Positions 28,643 to 38,025 of a stretch of 64,000 bases of DNA are shown here, in pieces. The position numbers and the translations under genes were made by a program. Numbering within the stretch: the stretch's first letter is position 1; the number at the start of each line of letters is the position of its first letter. Source of the stretch: Mycobacteriales bacterium. Its GTDB lineage: Bacteria > Actinomycetota > Actinomycetes > Mycobacteriales > SCTD01. The stretch is taken from the NCBI GenBank assembly GCA_038256525.1, contig JBBSKF010000001.1:9706-73705 (forward strand), read 5' to 3'. The notes beneath the pieces were generated by a model. It made no database searches and had not been told where the DNA came from. It saw only the letters and a program-made list of their open reading frames with translations.

Positions 28643-29574
28643 GAGGCGACCAGCTGCTCGTCCGGGGCCGGGGCATAGAGCGCGTGCGCCCGCGCCGCCG
28701 CGCCGGGCCCGCCCGACAGGTGGGCGAGCGGGTCGCCGCAGATGCGGTACTGCGAGGCGAGCACCTCGACCTGGCCATCGTCGACGAGTGCGCGGCGCAG
28801 CAGGTCGCCCAGCGAAGTGGGCGCCGCCTGCAGCGCTGCCGCCAGTCGCACCACCAGGCGCACGCTGTCCAGGTGCAGGACCGGCCGGACCGCGCCGAGC
28901 GACGCGGCGGCGGCTCCGGCGACCACGACCGACTCGCTGAAACTCAGTCCGACCCGCCAGCGGCTCGCGGTCCAGCAGGTCACCGACAGCAACGCCCCGA
29001 GCGGGGCGTCCAGGGCGGCGGCAGACAGGTGCTCCGCCCGCAGCCCGCGGTAGGCCGCCCAGCCACCCGGTCGGCCGTGGCCGAGATAGACGGCGAGGCC
29101 GAGCCCACCGCCCAGGCCGTGCAGCAGGTCCTCGCGGGTCACTCGCTCGGCGGTCCAGCGGACGACGTCGACATCCCCGAGGTGGCGCTCGAGCCGATCG
29201 GCCAGGTGCAGGTAGCGGGCCTCGCGCTGGCCGAGCACCGCGACGGGTGCGGGCGACCTGCGGCCGAGGACTTCCGCCGCGGTGGCAACGGCCAGCGGCA
29301 GCTGCGAGGTCACCGGCAACCAGCCGACGGGGACCGGCGCGCCGTCCGCGTCCGGAACGAACAGGCCGGGCAGGACCGTCTGCGGCGAGCGCTGCCGCGC
29401 ACCGACCAGGAGCACGCCGGCCGCTCCGGCCGGCACCCGGTCCTGCCACCGGGCCGGCGGGCCTTCGGCGGTCAGAACGCGGACCTCCCGGGTCGCGGCG
29501 TGCGCCGCCACCAGCGGCGCGAGCGCGGGCAGGGCCTGTGCCGGGGCCAGCAGCACCCAGGCGCCGTCGTTCAC
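28639..29574 (-). CDS. Peptidase C25 (gingipain)-like clan CD protein without a signal peptide
   Basis: VYLGHGRPGGW (His166), then LLSVTCWTAS (Cys200) 34 residues later, then FSES and YRICGDPLAHL. The order and spacing resemble the gingipain GHG...W / AC / GDP pattern. GTG 29574 overlaps the upstream stop (GTGA). Confidence 0.55.
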   Translation of the reverse strand: MNDGAWVLLAPAQALPALAPLVAAHAATREVRVLTAEGPPARWQDRVPAGAAGVLLVGARQRSPQTVLPGLFVPDADGAPVPVGWLPVTSQLPLAVATAAEVLGRRSPAPVAVLGQREARYLHLADRLERHLGDVDVVRWTAERVTREDLLHGLGGGLGLAVYLGHGRPGGWAAYRGLRAEHLSAAALDAPLGALLSVTCWTASRWRVGLSFSESVVVAGAAAASLGAVRPVLHLDSVRLVVRLAAALQAAPTSLGDLLRRALVDDGQVEVLASQYRICGDPLAHLSGGPGAAARAHALYAPAPDEQLVAS

Positions 29575-32351
29575 GCCGCGCGCACCTCGGCGATGTAGCT
29601 GTCGAAAGCAGCGGTGCTGGTCCCGGCCTTGGTCGCCGTGTAGAAGTCGCGCACGATCTGCGCCTGCTGCTCGGGATTGAAGGCCGCCAGACCCTCTGCC
29701 TCGTGATCGGCGAGCCCGGTTGCCCCGCCGTAGCTGTAGCCGTCGGTCTGCTGCCCGATCAGGGCGTGGGCCATGTAGACCGGGCCGACCTGCTCGCCCT
29801 GCCAGACGTGCATCAGCTCGTGCATGAGCCAGCCCTCCTGAGTCGGGTCCGTGTCGGAGTAGCTGGCCGGGAAGTGGATGATCCGCATGGTGACCACCCC
29901 GGTCGGGTTGCCGGTGTTGTTGGCGGCGGCCCAGGACACGAACGATCCCTCGAAGATCTGCACGTCGTCGTAGGGCAGCGTGTCCTGGAACACCGTCTCG
30001 GCCCGCGACCGCTCTCCCGCCGTGAGCCCGCGGAACACCCCGAAGATCTCGAGAACGATCGCGACCGCGCCGAACACCGCGCCGCCGAAGACCTCGAGCA
30101 GCCCGTCGAGCACCTCCTGCAGCGCGCTGCCGGCGTCTTTGAGGGCCTGCGTGATGCGCCGCTTGTCCTCGTCCCTGAGCGTGAACGCCTCCGCCAGGAT
30201 GTCCTTCACCTGCGTGCCGAGCTCGCGCAGCGCCTGCATCGTCAGCGCCAGGGCGTTCTGCGGCTGGGTGACCACGGCGACCAGGAGCTGGCCGAGCGTG
30301 ACGCCGGTGAGCAGGATCGCCTCCACGACCGCGACCACGGCCTCGAGCGCCTTGCCGGCGAACCACGCGACGAGGTCGGCGAGGGCGGCGCCGGCCCGTA
30401 GCAGGCCGCGCACGACCGCGGCGACTCCGGGCAGGAAGTCCTTGGCCACCCACGTGAGCAGGTAGCTGATCGAGTTCTTCAGCCTCGCCCACACCTCGCC
30501 GAGCAGATCGAGCGCGGCCTGCCCGGCCGCCTTCGCCCAGTCGATGACGTCGCGCAGCCGGCTGCCGATGTCCTCGGCGACCCGGACGACCGCCTCGAGG
30601 AAGTCCCGTCCCCGGGCAAGGGCCCAGCTCAGCGCCTCGTCGAGCGCCCGGCGGACGAAGCGGATCGCGAGCACCGCCTCACGCAGCAGCGCCTCGAAGG
30701 CGTTTGCCGCCTGGTTCGCGACCCAGTCGAGGATCTCCCCGACAGCCCGACCGGCCTGCAGGATGCCGGTGACCAGCCGGCGGAGCAGGAAGTAGGTGCC
30801 CGAAGCCGCCTGCTCCAGCAGGTCGGCCACGGCGACGCCCGCCGCGATCGCGGCCTGGACGAACCGGTAGACCGCCCGGTAGCTGAAGACCACGGCGGCC
30901 TTCACGAGCTCCCCGATCGCTGCCCCGGCCGCGACCAGAGCATCGATGGCGGCGTTGAGCGCGGACTGGGCGAGCCGAGCGACCTCCTGGACGATGCGCA
31001 GGACGGCGTAGCCGAGGTCCACTGCCGCCTCGACGGCCCGCCGCACCGCGTCCACGCTGAACCGGACCAGCTCGGTGATCAGGTCGCCCAGCGTCCGCCC
31101 CAGCTCCAGCACGGCGCGGGCCAGCTGCCGGGCGAGGTTTGCCGCCTCCTGGGCGATCAGGCGCATCACCTCGACGAAACCGCTCGCAACGCTGATCAGC
31201 TCCTTCACGACCTCGCGCAGCAGGTCTGCCGCGGTCTGCGCGACCTTGCGCACCACGTCAACGATCTGGTGCCCGAGCTCGACCAGGGCGCGGACCATCC
31301 GGCGCAGCAGGCTCAGCGAGGTCTCGACCGCCGCGCGGAGCACCGTCGCGAGGTTGTGACCCAGATCGATCAGCGCCTGGCCGATGCGGCCGAGCACCCC
31401 GCCGACCGCGTCGGCCGCCTGACGCACGATGTTGGCGAGAGTCTTGCCGATCGCGATCAGCGCCTGGACGACGTTCTTCACGATGTTCGCGGCCTGGGTG
31501 ACCAGGAAGGACAGCAGCTCCCCGAGCGTCTGGCCGAGGCTGTCGATCGCCCGGAGCAGCGTCCGCAGCGCTTCGCCGACGAAGGACACCGCGTCCTGCA
31601 GGATCGAGAACATGGCCCGGCCGGCGTCGCGGACGGCCTGCACCATCTTGCGGACGAAGTCGTAGCCGTGGGCCAGTGCGGCGCCCAGGAGCTGGCCGAT
31701 GCTCTGCCCGGCCGCGAGCAGCCCCTTGGCCAGGCTGGTGAGCTTGTCGACCGTCCAGCTGACCACCGAGGCGATGGCCGCGCCAAGGTCCTGGATGGCG
31801 TCGCTCACCGCGTCGACGAGGGCGTCGATGGCCTCCTTCACCTCATCGACGATGTCGTTGATGACCTCGACGATGGCGTTGTCCTGCTCGTCGTCGGCGG
31901 GAGTGACCGGCTGGGTCTGGAGCTGTGCGCCCAAGCCGGCGATGTGCTCCCAGACCGACTCGAGGGCCGCCTTGTCCTTGCGCCCGGCCGGGGTCAGCAC
32001 GAAGTCCTTCATCAGCGCCCGGGCATGCGCCGCCGGGAGCTGGCTGATGGCGTGGACGACCCACGGCTCCTGACCGGCGTCGCGGTAGCCCTTCAGCAGC
32101 ATCCGGCGTTCCTGCTCGCCCCGCGTCGCGACCGACTGGAACACCTGCCGGTGCTGGTCGATGCTCGGCAAGCCGCTCGCGTAGGCGGCCGCCAGCTTGC
32201 GAGCGGTGGCGGGTGACTGGGCGAACGCCTCCTGGAAGGCCGGCCCCACCTCCGACGGTGTGGGCTCGGCGAGGGCGACCCGCTCAGCGAGCTCGGCCGC
32301 CCCGCTGCGCGAGATGTTGCCCAGCATTGCCACGAAGCGTTCTGCTGCCAT
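29571..32351 (-). CDS. 926-aa helical-repeat protein with one predicted TM segment and a C-terminal DUF4157-like HExxH metallopeptidase domain
   Basis: Residues about 190-760 carry at least 17 copies of an x-[LA]-G-x-x-hydrophobic-x-x-hydrophobic-hydrophobic motif (for example LVELGHQIVDVV, VLELGRTLGDLI). The hydrophobic segment is VFGGAVFGAVAIVLEIFGVF. The C-terminus reads AETVFQDTLPYDDVQIF...WLMHELMHVWQGEQ, with HELMH encoded at 29808-29822. Confidence 0.7.
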   Translation of the reverse strand: MAAERFVAMLGNISRSGAAELAERVALAEPTPSEVGPAFQEAFAQSPATARKLAAAYASGLPSIDQHRQVFQSVATRGEQERRMLLKGYRDAGQEPWVVHAISQLPAAHARALMKDFVLTPAGRKDKAALESVWEHIAGLGAQLQTQPVTPADDEQDNAIVEVINDIVDEVKEAIDALVDAVSDAIQDLGAAIASVVSWTVDKLTSLAKGLLAAGQSIGQLLGAALAHGYDFVRKMVQAVRDAGRAMFSILQDAVSFVGEALRTLLRAIDSLGQTLGELLSFLVTQAANIVKNVVQALIAIGKTLANIVRQAADAVGGVLGRIGQALIDLGHNLATVLRAAVETSLSLLRRMVRALVELGHQIVDVVRKVAQTAADLLREVVKELISVASGFVEVMRLIAQEAANLARQLARAVLELGRTLGDLITELVRFSVDAVRRAVEAAVDLGYAVLRIVQEVARLAQSALNAAIDALVAAGAAIGELVKAAVVFSYRAVYRFVQAAIAAGVAVADLLEQAASGTYFLLRRLVTGILQAGRAVGEILDWVANQAANAFEALLREAVLAIRFVRRALDEALSWALARGRDFLEAVVRVAEDIGSRLRDVIDWAKAAGQAALDLLGEVWARLKNSISYLLTWVAKDFLPGVAAVVRGLLRAGAALADLVAWFAGKALEAVVAVVEAILLTGVTLGQLLVAVVTQPQNALALTMQALRELGTQVKDILAEAFTLRDEDKRRITQALKDAGSALQEVLDGLLEVFGGAVFGAVAIVLEIFGVFRGLTAGERSRAETVFQDTLPYDDVQIFEGSFVSWAAANNTGNPTGVVTMRIIHFPASYSDTDPTQEGWLMHELMHVWQGEQVGPVYMAHALIGQQTDGYSYGGATGLADHEAEGLAAFNPEQQAQIVRDFYTATKAGTSTAAFDSYIAEVRAA

Positions 32352-32480
32352 GACTCCCCCCAGAGATCATCACGAATGCTGCGCGACAACAGATCACAGT
32401 CGCTCGCGTCAGGTCAAGCAGCAGCCCTGCACAGACCGACCTGGCCCGGTGCCGTCGACCGCCGTCAGTACTGTCCCCGC

Positions 32481-33446
32481 ATGCGCATCGCCGTCGCCGG
32501 TTCCATCGCCACCGACCACCTGTTCACCTTCGAGGGGCGCTTCGCCGATTCCCTGCTGGTGGCCCAGCTGAGCAACGTGTCCCTGTCGTTTCTTGCCAGC
32601 GACCTGCAGATCCGGCGCGGTGGCACGGGCGCCAACATCGCCTTCGGCATGGGGATGCTCGGTGCCCGGCCGTTGCTGGTCGGGGCGGTGGGCAGGGACG
32701 GGGCCGACTACCTGAGCTGGCTGCGGGAGCACGGTGTGGACACCGACCACGTACGCATCAGCCCGGACAAGGCCTCCGCCCGCTTCACCTGCACGACCGA
32801 CCAGGACCACGCCCAGCTCGCCACCTTCTACCCGGGGGCGATGTCGGAGGCGGCGGAGATCGACATCGGCGCCCTGGGCGAGCTCGACCTGGTCGTCGTC
32901 GCCCCGGACGATCCCGGCGCCATGCAGCGCCACTCCGCCAGCTGCCGTGAGCGGGGGGTGCCGTTCGCCGCTGACCCGTCCCAGCAGCTGTCGTTCCTGA
33001 CCGGAGACGCCATCCGGGCGCTGGTCGAGGGGGCGACCTACCTGTTCAGCAACGCCTACGAGGCCGCGCTCATCCACGACAAGACCGGCTGGAGCGCCGA
33101 CGACGTGCTCGGCCTGGTCGGCACCCGCATCACGACGCACGGGCCGGACGGGATCCGGATCACGCGCAGGGGCGAGGACGAGATCCTGGTCGCCGTGGCG
33201 CCGGCTCGCCGGTTGACCGACCCGACCGGCGTCGGCGATGCCTTCCGGGCCGGGTTCCTCACCGCCACCGGGTGGGGGCTGCCGCTCGAGCGCGCCGCGC
33301 AGGTGGGCGCCCTCGTGGCGACCCATGTGGTGGAGACGGTCGGCCCGCAGGACTACACCTTCACCCCGGCCGAGTTCCTCGTCCGCTTCGTCGAGGCGTA
33401 CGGCGGGGACGCCGCCGCCGAGGTGGAGCCCTTGTTCGCGGCCTGA
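32481..33446 (+). CDS. PfkB-family carbohydrate/adenosine kinase
   Basis: MRIAVAGSIATDHLFTF, GGTGANIAFGMGMLG and the C-terminal DPTGVGDAFRAGF motif. The ORF was trimmed to ATG 32481. Confidence 0.8.
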   Translation: MRIAVAGSIATDHLFTFEGRFADSLLVAQLSNVSLSFLASDLQIRRGGTGANIAFGMGMLGARPLLVGAVGRDGADYLSWLREHGVDTDHVRISPDKASARFTCTTDQDHAQLATFYPGAMSEAAEIDIGALGELDLVVVAPDDPGAMQRHSASCRERGVPFAADPSQQLSFLTGDAIRALVEGATYLFSNAYEAALIHDKTGWSADDVLGLVGTRITTHGPDGIRITRRGEDEILVAVAPARRLTDPTGVGDAFRAGFLTATGWGLPLERAAQVGALVATHVVETVGPQDYTFTPAEFLVRFVEAYGGDAAAEVEPLFAA

Positions 33447-33450
33447 GGAG

Positions 33451-33681
33451 TCAGACGAGGCGTCGTACGCGGTAGACCGAGCCGATCTCGCGCTCGGTCG
33501 CACCGACGTACTCCTGCCGGCGCATCCGGCACCAGGCGGGGATGTCGAGCCGGGCCGCCGGGTCGTCGCTGAGCACGTGGACCTGTTCGCCGACGGCCAC
33601 CTCCAGCAGCGCCCGCGCCAACTCGATGACCGGGATCGGGCACGGCCGTCCGAGGCAGTCGATCGTCAGGACCGCGCTCAC
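33451..33681 (-). CDS. TusA-like sulfurtransferase
   Basis: 76 aa with the CLGRPCPIPV (CPxP) active-site motif. Confidence 0.75.
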   Translation of the reverse strand: MSAVLTIDCLGRPCPIPVIELARALLEVAVGEQVHVLSDDPAARLDIPAWCRMRRQEYVGATEREIGSVYRVRRLV

Positions 33682-33694
33682 AGCGCCTCCATAG

Positions 33695-34834
33695 TCACAG
33701 GGCCTCCACGCCGGCCTCGCGGCGGAGCCGGGCGACCACCGGCGGGAGCACGGCCAGGAAGCGGTCGATGTCGGCCTCGGTCGTGCCGTGGTGCAGCGAG
33801 AGCCGCACGTTGCCGTGGGTCAGCACTCCCATCGCCACCAGCACGTGGCTCGGCTCGAGCGTCGAGGCGGTGCAACTCGAGCCGCTGCTCACGGCGAAAC
33901 CCTCCCGGTCGAGGGCGGTGAGCAGGGCCTCGCCGTCCACGTACAGGCAGGAGAAGGTGAGCAGGTGGGGGAGTCGGTCGACCGGATCGCCGACCACCTC
34001 GACGTCCGGCACAGCCGCAACGATGCCGAGACGCAGCCGGTCGACGAGCGGGCGCAGCCGCGCATCCTCGCCGGCCGCCTCGGCCGCGGCTGCCTGCAAT
34101 CCGACCGCCGCGGACAGGATCTGCGGCAGGCCGGGAGCCCCGGGGACACGCCCGGCCTCGCGCTCGTCGGTCGGCAGCGGCGAGCGCCAGCGGGTGCCGG
34201 TACGGATGGCAAGGACACCGACCCCGGGCGGGCCACCCCACTTGTGGGCGCTCGCGGTCAGCAGCGCCCAGCCGGTCGGGATCGGCGCCCGGCCGGCGCT
34301 CTGCGCGGCATCGACGAACAGCGGCACCTCACCGCAGCGCTCGGCGACGGCGTCCACCGGCTGGACGGTGCCGACCTCGTGGCTCGCGCTGATCAGGCAG
34401 GCCACGGCGGTGCCGGGACGCAGCGCCGCCCCGAACCCGGCCACGTCCACCCGGCCCAGCCGGTCGACGGGCGCGGCGCTGGCCTCGCCCGCGGCATGCG
34501 CCACGGCCGACAGCACGCAGGAGTGCTCGATCGCGGAGTGCACGACGTGCCGCCCGGTGCCTGCGCGTCCGGCGAGCGTGCCCAGCACCGCGAGGTGGGC
34601 CGCCTGCGTCCCGGAGCCGGCGAAGCTGACCTCGTCCGGGCGGGCGCCGAGCACGTCGGCCACCGCCTCGCGCGCACCCTCCAGCAGCAGCCGGGCGCGG
34701 CGGGCGGCACCGTACAGCCGGGTGGGATCGGCCCAGCCGTCGTCGAGCGCGGCCAGCAGCGCAGCGCGGGCCGCCGGGGCGAGCGGCACCGCCGCCGCCG
34801 CGTCGAGGTAGCCACCGTCGGAAGGGGCGCTCAT
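33695..34834 (-). CDS. Cysteine desulfurase family protein (class V aminotransferase)
   Basis: GYLDAAAAVPL, SAHKWGGPPGVG (PLP lysine) and SSGSSCTAS (catalytic Cys loop). Confidence 0.85.
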   Translation of the reverse strand: MSAPSDGGYLDAAAAVPLAPAARAALLAALDDGWADPTRLYGAARRARLLLEGAREAVADVLGARPDEVSFAGSGTQAAHLAVLGTLAGRAGTGRHVVHSAIEHSCVLSAVAHAAGEASAAPVDRLGRVDVAGFGAALRPGTAVACLISASHEVGTVQPVDAVAERCGEVPLFVDAAQSAGRAPIPTGWALLTASAHKWGGPPGVGVLAIRTGTRWRSPLPTDEREAGRVPGAPGLPQILSAAVGLQAAAAEAAGEDARLRPLVDRLRLGIVAAVPDVEVVGDPVDRLPHLLTFSCLYVDGEALLTALDREGFAVSSGSSCTASTLEPSHVLVAMGVLTHGNVRLSLHHGTTEADIDRFLAVLPPVVARLRREAGVEAL

Positions 34835-34918
34835 GAGGTGACGGTATGCGCGGCGAGCCCCGGCAGGTGCGGTGAAAGCCGCTGGGCTAGGCTCGCCGCC
34901 GTGGGATCAGGGGCCAGG

Positions 34919-35770
34919 ATGCGTGCTGTGTCAGGGTCGATCCCGCGGACGATCCGGCTCGCCACAGTGCTGCTGCCGGTCGGCCTGCTCGCCTCCGGGT
35001 GCAGCATGCGGGAGGCCTACGAGAGCACGTTTGCGCTCGGCTTCCCGGACCCCGTCACCGAGCAGGCGGAGAGCGTCTACGAGCTGTGGTTGGGCTCGGT
35101 CGCCGCCGCCGCGGTGGTCGGGGTGTTCGTCACCTTCCTGATCCTCTACGCGATGGTGCGCTTCCGGAAGACGGGCGACACGCTCCCGCGGCAGGTCCGG
35201 TACAACCTGCCGATCGAGGTGCTCTACACCGCGGTCCCCTTCGTGATCATCGCGGTGCTCTTCTACTACACGACGGTGAGCCAGAACTTCGTCCTCGCCA
35301 AGTCGAAGGACGGGGCGGACGTCAACATCGGTGTCGTCGGCTTCCAGTGGAACTGGACCTTCCGGCACGACGACTCAGGGGTCCAGGTCACCGGTGAGAC
35401 TCGAAAGCCCGCGCAGCTGGTCCTGCCGACCGACACCCGGATCCGCTTCACCGAGACCTCGCCCGACGTCATCCACTCCTTCTTCGTGCCCGCCTTCCTG
35501 TTCAAGCAGGACGTCGTCCCCGGTCGGGCCAACACCTTCGAGATCACGATCACGAAGGAGGGGACCTACATCGGGCGCTGCGCCGAGCTGTGCGGGGAGA
35601 AGCACTCGGCGATGAACTTCTCGGTCCGGGCGGTCTCCCCGCAGGCCTACGCGGACTACATCACCGAGCTCCAGTCCGACCCGGCCAACTCGATCGGGAC
35701 CACCGCCGGTGACGGCTCGGTCCGCAGCGCCGAGCAGGCCAAGGAACTGATCGACGGGAGACCCTCATGA
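34919..35770 (+). CDS. ctaC: Cytochrome c oxidase subunit II
   Basis: Lipobox LLASGC, two TM helices and CuA motif HSFFVPAF...[12 protein letters not shown]. The ORF was trimmed to ATG 34919. Confidence 0.9.
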   Translation: MRAVSGSIPRTIRLATVLLPVGLLASGCSMREAYESTFALGFPDPVTEQAESVYELWLGSVAAAAVVGVFVTFLILYAMVRFRKTGDTLPRQVRYNLPIEVLYTAVPFVIIAVLFYYTTVSQNFVLAKSKDGADVNIGVVGFQWNWTFRHDDSGVQVTGETRKPAQLVLPTDTRIRFTETSPDVIHSFFVPAFLFKQDVVPGRANTFEITITKEGTYIGRCAELCGEKHSAMNFSVRAVSPQAYADYITELQSDPANSIGTTAGDGSVRSAEQAKELIDGRPS

Positions 35771-37449
35771 CCTTGCTCGCGGAGGCCACCACCAGCCCGG
35801 TGCAGGTGCGCCGGCCGTCGCCCGGCCCGGGCTCGAAGATCACCAAGGTCCTCACCACCACCGACCACAAGACCATCGGCATGCTCTACCTGTGCACGTC
35901 GTTCGCGTTCTTCCTGGCGGCCGGCTTCATGGCGATGCTCATCCGGGCCGAGCTGGGCCAGCCAGGGCTGCAGATCGTCAGCCCGGAGCAGTACAACCAG
36001 CTGTTCACCATGCACGGCACGATCATGATGTTCCTGTTCGCCCCGCCGGCGGCGTACGGCTTCACGAACTACATCATGCCGTTGCAGATCGGCGCGCCGG
36101 ACATGAGCTTCCCGCGCCTGAACGCCTTCTCGTACTGGCTCTACCTGTTCGGCGGGCTGACCGTCCTGGCCGGCTTTCTCGCCCCCGAGGGTGCTGCGTC
36201 GTTCGGCTGGTTCGCCTACGCACCCCTGAACGACATCATCCGCTCGCCCTCGATCGGCGCCGACCTGTGGATCGTGGGGCTCGCGGTGTCCGGGCTCGGC
36301 ACCATCCTGGGGGCCGTCAACTTCATCACGACCATCATCACCCTGCGGGCTCCCGGCATGACCATGTTCCGGATGCCGATCTTCACCTGGAACATGCTGG
36401 TCACCTCGATCCTGGTCCTGCTGGCCTTCCCGGTCCTGACCGCGGCGCTGTTCGCGCTGCTGGCCGACCGGCACCTCGGGGCGCAGGTCTACAACCCCGA
36501 CAACGGTGGGGCGATCCTGTGGCAGCACCTGTTCTGGTTCTTCGGCCATCCTGAGGTCTACATCATCGCCCTGCCCTTCTTCGGGGTGATCACCGAGATC
36601 ATCCCGGTGTTCAGCCGCAAGCCGGTGTTCGGCTACAAGGGGCTGGTCTTCGCAACGCTCGGCATCGGCGCGCTGTCGCTGACCGTGTGGGCCCACCACA
36701 TGTACCCGACCGGCGCGGTATATCTACCGTTCTTCGCCTTCCTGAGCTTCCTCATCGCCGTTCCGACCGGCGTCAAGTTCTTCAACTGGATCGGCACGAT
36801 GTGGCGCGGCCAGCTCACGTTCGAGACGCCGATGCTGTTCGCGATCGGCTTTCTGATCACCTTCCTGCTCGGTGGTCTCACCGGTGTGCTGTTGGCTGCG
36901 CCGCCCATCGACTTCCACGTCAGCGACACCTACTTCGTGGTGGCCCACTTCCACTACGTCGTGTTCGGCACCGTGGTGTTCGCCTTCTTCGGCGGCGTCT
37001 ACTTCTGGTTCCCCAAGCTGACCGGCCGGATGATGAACGACCGGCTCGGCAAGGTCCACTTCTGGACCCTGTTCGTGGGCTTCCACCTCACCTTCCTCGT
37101 GCAGCACTGGGTCGGGGCGGAGGGGATGCCGCGCCGCTATGCCGACTACCTGCCGAGTGACGGCTTCACCACGCTGAACATGATCTCGACGGTCGGGGCC
37201 TTCGTGCTCGGTGCCTCGACGCTGCCGTTCATCTACAACGTGGTCGTGAGCTTCCGCCGCGGCGAGCGGGCTCTCAGTGACGACCCGTGGGGCTTCGGCA
37301 ACTCCCTCGAGTGGGCGACGTCCTGCCCACCGCCGCGGCACAACTTCGTGACCATGCCCCGCATCCGCTCGGAGCGGCCCGCCTTCGACCTGCACTTCCC
37401 GCAGGTGGCCGGCAAGGCCGACTTCCATGCCTCCCCGGAAGCGAAGTGA
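35767..37449 (+). CDS. ctaD: Cytochrome c oxidase subunit I
   Basis: [21 protein letters not shown] and HHMY motifs in 560 aa. Its start overlaps the ctaC stop. Confidence 0.95.
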   Translation: MTLLAEATTSPVQVRRPSPGPGSKITKVLTTTDHKTIGMLYLCTSFAFFLAAGFMAMLIRAELGQPGLQIVSPEQYNQLFTMHGTIMMFLFAPPAAYGFTNYIMPLQIGAPDMSFPRLNAFSYWLYLFGGLTVLAGFLAPEGAASFGWFAYAPLNDIIRSPSIGADLWIVGLAVSGLGTILGAVNFITTIITLRAPGMTMFRMPIFTWNMLVTSILVLLAFPVLTAALFALLADRHLGAQVYNPDNGGAILWQHLFWFFGHPEVYIIALPFFGVITEIIPVFSRKPVFGYKGLVFATLGIGALSLTVWAHHMYPTGAVYLPFFAFLSFLIAVPTGVKFFNWIGTMWRGQLTFETPMLFAIGFLITFLLGGLTGVLLAAPPIDFHVSDTYFVVAHFHYVVFGTVVFAFFGGVYFWFPKLTGRMMNDRLGKVHFWTLFVGFHLTFLVQHWVGAEGMPRRYADYLPSDGFTTLNMISTVGAFVLGASTLPFIYNVVVSFRRGERALSDDPWGFGNSLEWATSCPPPRHNFVTMPRIRSERPAFDLHFPQVAGKADFHASPEAK

Positions 37450-37453
37450 TTCG

Positions 37454-37921
37454 GTGAAGGTCGAGGGCTACCTGTTCGCCCTGCTGGCGGCATTCCTGGT
37501 GCCGGTGACGGTGATCTACTGGCTGCTGTCCAAGGATCCCACCGGTACGGCGTGCCTGATCATGTCCATCGGGCTCGCCTTCATGGTGGGCTGGTATCTG
37601 CTGTTCACCGCGCGCCGGATGGACGCCCGCCCCGAGGACCGCCCGGATGCCGAGATCAGTGAGGGCTCCGGAGAGGTCGGCTTCTTCCCGCCGCACTCCT
37701 GGTGGCCGATCGCCATGGCGGGGGCGTTCACTCTCACCATGCTCGGCACCATCATCGGCCCGTTCCTCGTGATGATCGGCGCGGCCACGCTGGTCGTGGC
37801 GGCCGGCGGCTTCCTGTTCGAGTACTACGTCGGCGTGAACCGGACGCAGGGGTACACCGTCGGGGCGGTGCAGGCGATGGGGGAGCAGCCGACCAGCACG
37901 CGCAAGTTCCTCGGCGAATAG
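37454..37921 (+). CDS. ctaF: Cytochrome c oxidase subunit IV (actinobacterial CtaF)
   Basis: VKVEGYLFALLA... with four TM helices, immediately after ctaD. GTG start at 37454. Confidence 0.8.
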   Translation: MKVEGYLFALLAAFLVPVTVIYWLLSKDPTGTACLIMSIGLAFMVGWYLLFTARRMDARPEDRPDAEISEGSGEVGFFPPHSWWPIAMAGAFTLTMLGTIIGPFLVMIGAATLVVAAGGFLFEYYVGVNRTQGYTVGAVQAMGEQPTSTRKFLGE

Positions 37922-38025
37922 CTCAGGTCGACCGCCGCTGCCGGAGTCGGGCCAAGGGGCCGGCGAGTCGGGGGCGCCGGGCCTGTGGAGGCGGCTGCGC
38001 AGCGTGGCGAGGCGGCGGGGTGGCG

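Noticed and set aside
28639-30492. Long 5' extensions of the track ORFs for the C25-like gene (617 aa), the ACP (349 aa, 28400-29449) and the KS (536 aa, 27168-28778)
   Set aside because: The extensions are Arg/Pro/Gly-rich and overlap the preceding, clearly coding genes. Each recognisable domain begins at a GTG that forms a GTGA overlap with the upstream stop, so the shorter models were adopted.
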